A stretch of DNA of 64,000 nucleotides from a virus. The stretch is taken from positions 1 to 64,000 of the IMG/VR virus record IMGVR_UViG_3300031603_000001. One strand, written 5' to 3'. The notes under the pieces were generated by a model. That model was not told the origin of the DNA and did no database searches. It saw only the letters and a program-made list of their open reading frames with translations. The position numbers and the translations under genes are program-made. Of the stretch, positions 17,746-26,200 are shown one piece after another. Each line of letters opens with the position of its first letter. Positions within the stretch are counted from its first letter, which is position 1.

Positions 17746-19031
17746 TGAATCAGGTATACTACTCAGGTAATACAACTACTGTACTCTTAACGGAGATTGA
17801 AGGGGAGAACGTAGGAACTAAAGTTGTATTGGATATTGCCAGTGTAAGCTGGACGCACACTACGCCGGCATCCCCACTGTTTGATTATAAAACACGCGAC
17901 CCTATAGCATACGTACCGGGTAACTCTATAACTGACGGCTCTATACTATTAAATTACCGCACCGACCTGTCTACACCAGAGGGCCGTGGCATCGTTTTCA
18001 CCACCGAGACAGGTGAGCACACGATAGACCCATTAGACGGACTAGAACGCACACTCACGGTACTTGTAGCCACCTCTGACCCCACACTCGACTACGCAGA
18101 CACTACAACATTTGAAATACAGAATGTACATTTTCAAGCTGTACAGATGGTAACCTCCCCTGACGGCCAACCTCTGCAGTACCAGGTGCAGTTTATAGCC
18201 AGTAACCTTATATATACACCGCCCGATTTACCACCTAACCTGCCTGACTTTAGTACAGCCTGGGATGATCTGATGGGTCTATTCAAGGGAGCTAAGGAGG
18301 CGGTAGTTTACCTAGGACAAATAACAGAGGATGCCATAAGTGCCATCTCCGATGCAAACTTAGCTATACAATTAAAAATAGCCACTAGTGGTGTAGCTAT
18401 TCCAAACGCATCTGTAGGACAAGCGATACAGGCCTCCACGTCCGCAGCCCCTTTAACTGCTTCTGAACAAGAAACTCTATTACGTAACTTAGCTATCGCA
18501 GATATGTCCTTCATGGACACACCAGTAATTGAATCAGATGATCAAACATTCAGCGACAGTGTAGTGAGTGCTCATGCCCCTAACCCGGCCAAGCGTATGA
18601 TGAACTACTTAGGGGCGTTAACATCAGAAGCTAGGTACAACACCCGGGAATTCTTTGAAGACACATTTAGTCTAAAATCTCTATGGCAAGAGCTGAGGGG
18701 GTTAGGCGTGCCTCTCCCTGATAGATTAGGAAGGCTAAACTCCCACAGCTGGAAGATAGCATTACGAGAAAGAATAATGAGAGAGTATTCATTCACAGGA
18801 AATCCAACTAGCTGGTTCGTAGGCGTAAAAGATAGTCGTACAAAAGCTATAACGTACTACAGAGCAGCAGTCACCGACGGTACCTTTACATTAAATATGA
18901 TACATTCAGAGGAATGGAACTCAGATGAAATGGAAGCTTTCCTTGCTATATTTAGAGTCAAAGAAGAGACAGTATACACCGGACTAGACCTTTTTAGGAC
19001 TCCAAAGGATGGGACCAATATTCCCCACTGA
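17745..19031 (+). CDS. Tube-fold paralogue 4 with a long C-terminal extension
   Basis: ATG 17745 (TAATG overlap; track start is 17730). YYSGNTT, ASVSWT, PLFDYK, PGNSITDGSILLNY and IQNVHFQAVQMVTSPDGQPL.Y.VQFIA correspond to tube motifs. Confidence 0.6.
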   Translation: MNQVYYSGNTTTVLLTEIEGENVGTKVVLDIASVSWTHTTPASPLFDYKTRDPIAYVPGNSITDGSILLNYRTDLSTPEGRGIVFTTETGEHTIDPLDGLERTLTVLVATSDPTLDYADTTTFEIQNVHFQAVQMVTSPDGQPLQYQVQFIASNLIYTPPDLPPNLPDFSTAWDDLMGLFKGAKEAVVYLGQITEDAISAISDANLAIQLKIATSGVAIPNASVGQAIQASTSAAPLTASEQETLLRNLAIADMSFMDTPVIESDDQTFSDSVVSAHAPNPAKRMMNYLGALTSEARYNTREFFEDTFSLKSLWQELRGLGVPLPDRLGRLNSHSWKIALRERIMREYSFTGNPTSWFVGVKDSRTKAITYYRAAVTDGTFTLNMIHSEEWNSDEMEAFLAIFRVKEETVYTGLDLFRTPKDGTNIPH

Positions 19032-19045
19032 CATAACACTTTATG
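19026..19045 (+). promoter_or_regulatory. Motif A (CACTGACATAAC) with CATAA-N4-TTATG, upstream of the tail chaperone
   Basis: 12-mer identical to 4061-4072; overlaps the TGA of the preceding gene. Confidence 0.5.
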
Positions 19046-19069
19046 AACATGAAATTAAGGAGCAGTTAA

Positions 19070-19498
19070 ATGCCTGACAAGAAAGAAGAAAAAGCAGAAA
19101 CCACCCCTGAGGCAACAAAGCCTGTAGCAGCAGTGGATGGAGAGAAGACAGAAGTTACAGAAGAGACAGTAGAAGTAGCTCCTGAAATCAAAGCAAAGGT
19201 ACCAAGTACCGAACAAATTGATAAATGGAAAGAGGAATACGGCAAGGTAGACCTCTGCGGAGTAGCAGACGACGCCTTTGTATATCGTCGTATCACACGT
19301 ACGGACCATCAGGAACTGTTGAAAGAAAACGTATTCAACCAACCTGACGCCCAAGAACAGATTGTACGTCGCTTCCTGCTTTTCCCGGATATTGATACTA
19401 TCGATACCGAAGGGTCCGGTGGAATTATCCAGACTATGTCAGAGAACATCCTGCTAGCTTCTGGCTTTGGAAACCGTATGGAGCCTATCACGCTCTAA
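19070..19498 (+). CDS. Tail assembly chaperone 1
   Basis: TAAGGAG RBS; acidic N-terminus, then EQIDKWKEEYGKV...FVYRRITR...GIIQTMSENILLASGF, the pattern of large-myophage tail chaperones; between the tube genes and the tape-measure position. Confidence 0.75.
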   Translation: MPDKKEEKAETTPEATKPVAAVDGEKTEVTEETVEVAPEIKAKVPSTEQIDKWKEEYGKVDLCGVADDAFVYRRITRTDHQELLKENVFNQPDAQEQIVRRFLLFPDIDTIDTEGSGGIIQTMSENILLASGFGNRMEPITL

Positions 19499-19527
19499 CC
19501 CCCACCGAGTTTGATATCTAAACTGTT

Positions 19528-19564
19528 AGAGGCGAGACCGATATCCGGCTTCTCGCCTCTTTTT
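19528..19564 (+). terminator. Rho-independent terminator between the two tail chaperones
   Basis: AGAGGCGAGA / TCTCGCCTCT 10-bp stem with an inner CCG/CGG pairing, followed by TTTT. Confidence 0.85.
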
Positions 19565-19576
19565 ATATAGGCTACC

Positions 19577-20203
19577 ATGGCAACACCAAATCAGATCCTA
19601 CTATGGAAACAACTTTACGGTAATATATCAGTCCTCCAAGTGGAGGATTCTGTATGTTATTACAGAGGGCTATCTGTAAACGAATTCCAAGCATTAGCTG
19701 AGCTAGAAGAGAAGCTACCTGCAGCGTCTAAGGAAGAGATGATCATCAAGACAGCGCTGCTAGATCCCCCTCCAGAGGATACACTCGCAGGCTTCCGCCT
19801 GACAGGTAGTCCTATGACTATTGCCAACGCTATTCTAGATGCATCTGTATACACAGAAGATGTCCTTAAGACTAAAGCCGAAGAAGCCAAAGCCTGGGCG
19901 CAATCATCTATTCAACAATCAACACTCTTTGTATTAGCATTGAACATCTCCCAAGTTTTCCCAGCGTTACCCCTACACGCACTTATGGATATGACACCTG
20001 ACCTACTGCTTCGTTATGCCGCGGCAATAGAAGAAGTAACTAAGCAACCCATCCTAACAAGTCTATTTGTACAGCAAGCCAAACAACAGCCAGTGAACCA
20101 TAAGATGGCTGAAGGGTTTGGTGTAGACGCAGAAACAATTAACGATACTACCAACGCCCTGCGTGATCAAATTAAAGATGCGAAGAAGCAGGCCGGTATC
20201 TAA
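19577..20203 (+). CDS. Tail assembly chaperone 2 (paralogue of chaperone 1 with a C-terminal extension)
   Basis: QILLWKQLYGNI...CYYRGLSVNEF...TIANAILDAS parallels chaperone 1; TAATG coupling to the giant ORF. Confidence 0.65.
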   Translation: MATPNQILLWKQLYGNISVLQVEDSVCYYRGLSVNEFQALAELEEKLPAASKEEMIIKTALLDPPPEDTLAGFRLTGSPMTIANAILDASVYTEDVLKTKAEEAKAWAQSSIQQSTLFVLALNISQVFPALPLHALMDMTPDLLLRYAAAIEEVTKQPILTSLFVQQAKQQPVNHKMAEGFGVDAETINDTTNALRDQIKDAKKQAGI

Positions 20204-23200
20204 TGGACCCACAGGGTTACACCTCCAGGGATGAAGCGCTCCGCCTTTTAGGCGACACTCCTCAAAATTCAGCCGCCATGGCCGGAGGACTGGCCTCGGC
20301 TGCAAAAGCCATGGCTGGCTTTGCCCTTGCATTTACAGCAGTAACCAAAGGTATACCAGCAGTAGGAAGACTGGCTGTACGAACAATTGGAGCAACGTCA
20401 AGAGGCTCCGGGTCAGCCTGGCGTAGTGTACTCGGGACAGGACTAGCTTCCGCCAGAGAAGCCGCTAAGCGTACAAGCGGTGGCACGACTACAGAATTTC
20501 TAGCACACCTTACTGAAGCAAAGGGTGGCTCATTCCATAGAATGTTTTCCACTGTACATAAAGCTACATCAGGACAAGCTTATCAACAATATGTAACCGG
20601 TAGCCGGAAGGCTATGACACAGGCAGATAGGTGGAGTTTACTAAAGCCATCTCTAGCAGGAGGACGCGTACGATTCTCAGGACGAGCAGACTCCGCGGAT
20701 ATAGCTAAAGGTATAGGGGCAGCTTACTTCAAAGAAACAGCCATGGCACTCCCTGCCATGTACGCAATGGACAGAAAGTTTGGTGAGCAGAAGGATCATA
20801 TCTCATGGTACAACGTACCAGGCAGAGCGATGGACTTCGCAAAGTATATTCCAGAATATGTAGGGTTTGACGTAGCAGGACGTGGCGCAATGATGGGAGT
20901 AGGTATGGCTAAGGCCGGCCTACTAGCCAAGGCTAGGACATCCAGCGGAGAAGGATGGTTCCCTGACGCACTTAACAAAGTTTCTAAAGTAACAGAATGG
21001 TATAATAAGAGTGGTAACAAATTCAGAGGTGGCCTAGAGGCTGCGTCTGATCATATGCGTGCAGCTAAAGGCTCCTGGCAGAATAGAGTAGACGCCCGCG
21101 CACGGATAGACAATACCAATATATCGAGACTCAAGATAACAGGTCCTGGTACTCGAGAGGGTTGGCAGAGCGTATACCGTGAACAGTTAACCTCTGTAAC
21201 AGATGCACGTAAGAATGCACTTGACAGTAAAAGCCGCATGGAGCAGAGTGGCCTGTTCGAACAGCAGATAGACTCCCTTACTACTTCTAGAGAACAGATA
21301 GCAGACAATATGGGCTCTGCCTTACGTAAGAAGGACGAGTCAGAAGGCTTCATAAAAGATTTCACTAGAACACATTTTGCACAACCAGGACGCAGTGACT
21401 ACTCTTCAGGCACAGAACGTTTTATTATGCGCGCACTCGGTGTACGCAGGGCTAAGTTTGGCGACTTCGATGAAATCACACAAGGCAAGGTACGTAAACA
21501 ACTGAGACAATTCTCAGGTAAAGTATCCGAACTAGATGAATCTATAAAAGAACAAGATTTAGTAGATCTTATTGGAGCTGGTAAGCACGAGACCGATACT
21601 ACTAAGCTGAACTCCCTCCTTGCAAATCAGCATGTATACTATTCAAAATCAGCAGACAAAGTATTTGACTTACGTAAGTGGACACCAGGTGGTGTAATAG
21701 ATAATGCGTTCCAAAAGCTAGGCAGGAGTGGGTCACTGGGCTCAGCCATCTCTACACTGTATCCTGTACGATCAGCTATTGGCGCAGAGCTTCCTACTAT
21801 GATCAACGTAGACGACACCGTGCCTATCATGTTTGGGGGGTCGGCCAATATAACATCGGCAGGACGTTCTAGCTCCCAATGGATGGGAGAGGTTACGGGA
21901 GAAACCGGCTCGCTGCACAACGCATTCAATTTTACTCCTAAAGATGGAGCAAAAGGAAGTAGTGGATTAATACTACGTGATCCGGGTAAGCGAACTTACA
22001 CATTATACGGACGAGATGAAGGCAAGGGAGGCATGCATGCTTTAGCCCGTGACTTACGCCCAATGAGTTCCTTACTCTCCGAAAAGTCAGGCCGCCTGGT
22101 ATACGAGGACGCATCCTATATACCTAAGCAAAAGTTCAATGAGTTTAGAGGGCCGCTAGCTGGAGTTCGTAACTACATCTTCGACAAGACAGGACTTGGC
22201 CACCACACAGGTAATCAGCCTAGTCTCTTTGAGATGGCAGCTAACTTCATAAATAGAAGAGACCCTACCAAGCCTAACTATATATTGAACCCACAACGCT
22301 CCCGTATAGGGAAGTTGACTGGTGATAAAGCGTTATGGAAAACAAAGAGTCCTACAGAGAGGGCAGAATTATTAGCAGAGGCAAACGCCTCTCTAAGTAA
22401 TCTTCGTAGCGTTGAGAACGAAGCATACCGTAAAGTACTCCTACAAGACAAGGCAGTATATAAAGAACTATTAGTAGACAACGCAGGGAATCTGCACAAT
22501 TACAATGATGCAGCTGGTATAGGAGGTACTCCTCTTAGCGAGCCTGGGTTAACCACAGACCAGTTTGTCTATAAACTTATGCATGACCCTGTTGAGGCTA
22601 AGCGTGTAGCTACTCGGCTACTTAATCAATCAGATAATACTTATAAAAAGATAGCTAATGAACACGACCTACGGTCGTACATTGAGAATCAGATCATAGG
22701 AAAGCCTGATTCATTTCTAATTAAGTCTCACGGGCAAGACACCCCACACCTAAAGTTATTGAGATTCATTGGAGATGTTAATTCTAAAGCGGTAAGCCTT
22801 AAGTCCCACATGAATGACGACCCTGTCGCCAGAGCTGTACAAGCTGCTGTAAATAAGACAGGAAGATTCAGTGACAGAGATCTGGCAGGAGCAAAGCTAG
22901 CAGTAGAGTCACGTTTATTTAGAAACAAACATGCAGATGCAATTAAAAGCTTTAAGAATAACGTCAATGGCGAGTTAGTATTTAACGATGATACTACTAA
23001 CGGAATAGCAGCGCTACAACAACTACAGCACAGCACCGCTAACGATCAGTACCTGAAACAGACTCCTTTCTTTAAGAGGTTTGGTAAACCATCAGATGCA
23101 CGTTCCGAGCAGATGCAAACCATCAATACGCTCACAGATAAAACACCCTATGTGTTAGTAGGAGGCAAAAGCCCTGTAGGCATGGGCGCCACTAAATTCA

Positions 23201-26200
23201 TGGGACGTTGGGCATATGATACCTTTGGATCCACCATGGACCTTATGGGGCTAGGGTGGGATAGAGGTAAGTACCAAAGCTTCTGGCCTAAGCTAGGTAA
23301 TAAAGAGCATCAATCCGTTGGGGCACTGTTCGCAAAGCGAGCATTATTATTCGCAGGTATCGAAACCATGTACGACGCAGTGGACACATTCACAGACGTC
23401 ACCCCCATCTTCGCAGGCACAATGTTCGATGAGGGCATATCAACTGCAGGCGCAGACCACGCTGTACGTTTACGCATGGGAGCTGGTAAAGTGTATGACG
23501 CCATTGGTGTAACAGCCGCGGCTAAATACATGGAAGGCCTAATGCCTAAATCTTCCAAGATACTACCAGGTGCCGCAATGGGCTTCATGGCATACGGTGT
23601 GCCTGGGGCAGCAGTAGGCGCTGTGTTAAACTCTTATGTACAACCACAGTTATCTGAAGGGCCGCTATCATTTTTAGCAGCCATACCCATGGCCGCCCCT
23701 TTTGTAGCAGATCTCACTAAATCACACGAAGAGCTTCAGGACTTATACACCGGCCGTGACTTAACAGCTTGGCGTAAGGGAGCAGGCTGGACCTTGGGTA
23801 CAACACCAATCGAAGGCGGTCGTGTAGACTCGCTGGTACCTAACTGGTACGCACGTATGAAATCAAGTGCCGATACCACTGCGGTTCAATACGGGTCTAG
23901 ACTAGAGAAGTTCATATTCAAAGACAGAGCATTCATTGACTTCTCCCTCGGTGATCTCATAGATCCCCAGTACCTAACACGTAAACATTATTACGATCGC
24001 CCGTACGTAGAACCGGATGTTCCATTCAGCGAAATGCCTTTGATTGGACCAACCATTGGTACTGCCATAGGAAAGATGTACAACGCCCTTCACCCTCTTG
24101 GCAGTAACAAACTTATGCATCTAGATGAAGCTCGTAGAAACATGGCAAGCGGTGTATCAGGTGCAGGAACTGGTGCCCACGAGAGTGGCATGCTAGCGGG
24201 GTTTGGAGAATACACTGGTGTATTTGGTGAGTTTGATATGGGAACACAGGTACTACCTGGCCTAGGGCTTATTAGTGACGAGTACGTAAACAGATCTTCG
24301 TCTCTACGTGCGGCGGCAGGCGAACAAGTGTACCGTGGATTTATCGAGCCTGCAGGATTATCAGGGTTCCTGACATCAACAGCTATGTGGGGAGGTAATG
24401 AGCCTTTCTCAGATGAAGCATACCTGGAAAGCTCAAGCTCTATCGATTCAACCACACGCTCTCTGTGGGACCGTAACCTTGGTGATTTACTACTAACTAA
24501 TGAGGGGTTACGTAGACTGTACCCGCGTCCACGTACCTCATTTGATAAAGTCAACCCTATTAATAACTTGATGCCTGGCTGGATGCCAGAAGAGTACCGT
24601 ACTGGTGACCCCTACTGTCTGACATCTAAATCAGAGGTTGAGATCATTAGTGGTATCAAACGCGCAGATGAAGTACAAGTAGGCGATCTTATACGCACGT
24701 CATCAGGTAGGTACACACCAGTAGCAGAAGTAATACCACGTAAGATCAGTGAAAAAGTGTACACCATCAAGCTGAAGGAATCGGATGCTACAATTCAAGT
24801 TACGGGTGACCACCCATTCCTAATTAACTCAGGCAACAGATACCAACAGGCTAAGCTCCTGAAGAAGGAAGACAGCATTGTATACCCATTACGCGACCTG
24901 ACCACAGTGCAGCCTTACATCGTACCAGCAGAGGGCAAGAGTGGCGCAATCATGCTAACAGGTGGAGTAGCCTTAGCCCTTGGTATACTAGTGAAGTATG
25001 GTATATTATTTGATGACACTATCTTACTAAGAGACTGTCCTGTCGCACTAGATGAACTTAAGTTCATATTCAAAGAGCACCTTAACTGTTACATTACGAA
25101 GTCCTTCACCATTGACAGACTGAGTGTAGTATCAGTATTCAAGCAGCTGCTTAAGTACGGGATCCCGGATAGCTTCTACAAAGTAGGAACATACGTCTTC
25201 CTACAGTTCGCAAAACATTTTATGATACCATCCGAGGATGGAGAACTACAGTTTACATTCCCAACACGTTCCATGGCGTACCAGGCCTGGAGTATCTTTG
25301 CCCAAGACAAGCTATTGACTGAGCTCACGCTTAATTCATTACACGTGAGAGGAAGCTCGGCATCAGTGATACACTACATGCTCACAAATATCCCAATCAA
25401 TTATTCACTAGAGGACGAGGACAGAGTACGACCAAGGACAGCTCTCAACAATAAAACCTTATGGATGTCCATTGAATGGGTCCGTAGGGACGATTATACC
25501 GGCACAGTGTATGGATTCTCAGTAGACACTGATGATAGCTTCTGTGTACTACACGCTTGTACTCACAACACGAAGAAGCCATTCGGAGAATACATCCTTC
25601 CCGGTGCAGGCTATGAAGCAGGTCACGACATCACAGTTGATTACCCAACTGGAGGTTCGCGCCTAGGTTACAATCCATACGACCAGGCCCTAAGTATGGT
25701 AGGCTTAACATCTATTGATGACGACGAGACCCTCGAGATCCTTGAAGGCGGAACAGCTATTCACCGTATGGTCCAGCACGCACTCAAAGCACAGAACTCA
25801 CGTGTTAAAACTGAAGCACTAGTTACTGATCCAGAACACCGCATATCATCTTATGTTGATGTTGTGCTGCCTAAGGACTTTAGTGGCCAAGAAGTGCCTC
25901 TTGAAGTAAAGACAATTAATCCTTTGGGGTTCCAACGCCTTACTAAGCCTAAGTATAAGAACTCGGTACAGCTTAATGCCTACATGCATATGATGGGCGT
26001 TAACAAAGGCCGCATGATGTACGTTAACCGGGAAGATCCTACCCAGGTTAAAACGTATGACACATATTACAGCGAGAAGATGTGGCAAGAGACTGTGTCC
26101 AACCTGGACCAAGCGCGTACCATGGCGGACAGCATGTCCAAAGAAGGTTATGGGACTAACTCCGCTGGTTACAGTTACACAGATCGATTCGAAGTGTTAC

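Noticed and set aside
19470-19580. Programmed -1 frameshift joining the tail chaperones
   Set aside because: No canonical slippery heptamer is evident, a terminator intervenes, and the second ORF has its own ATG and repeats the chaperone fold.
25735-26120. True Cas4 / CRISPR adaptation gene
   Set aside because: It lacks the four Fe-S cysteines, is a domain within a virion protein, and has no cas1/cas2 or array nearby.
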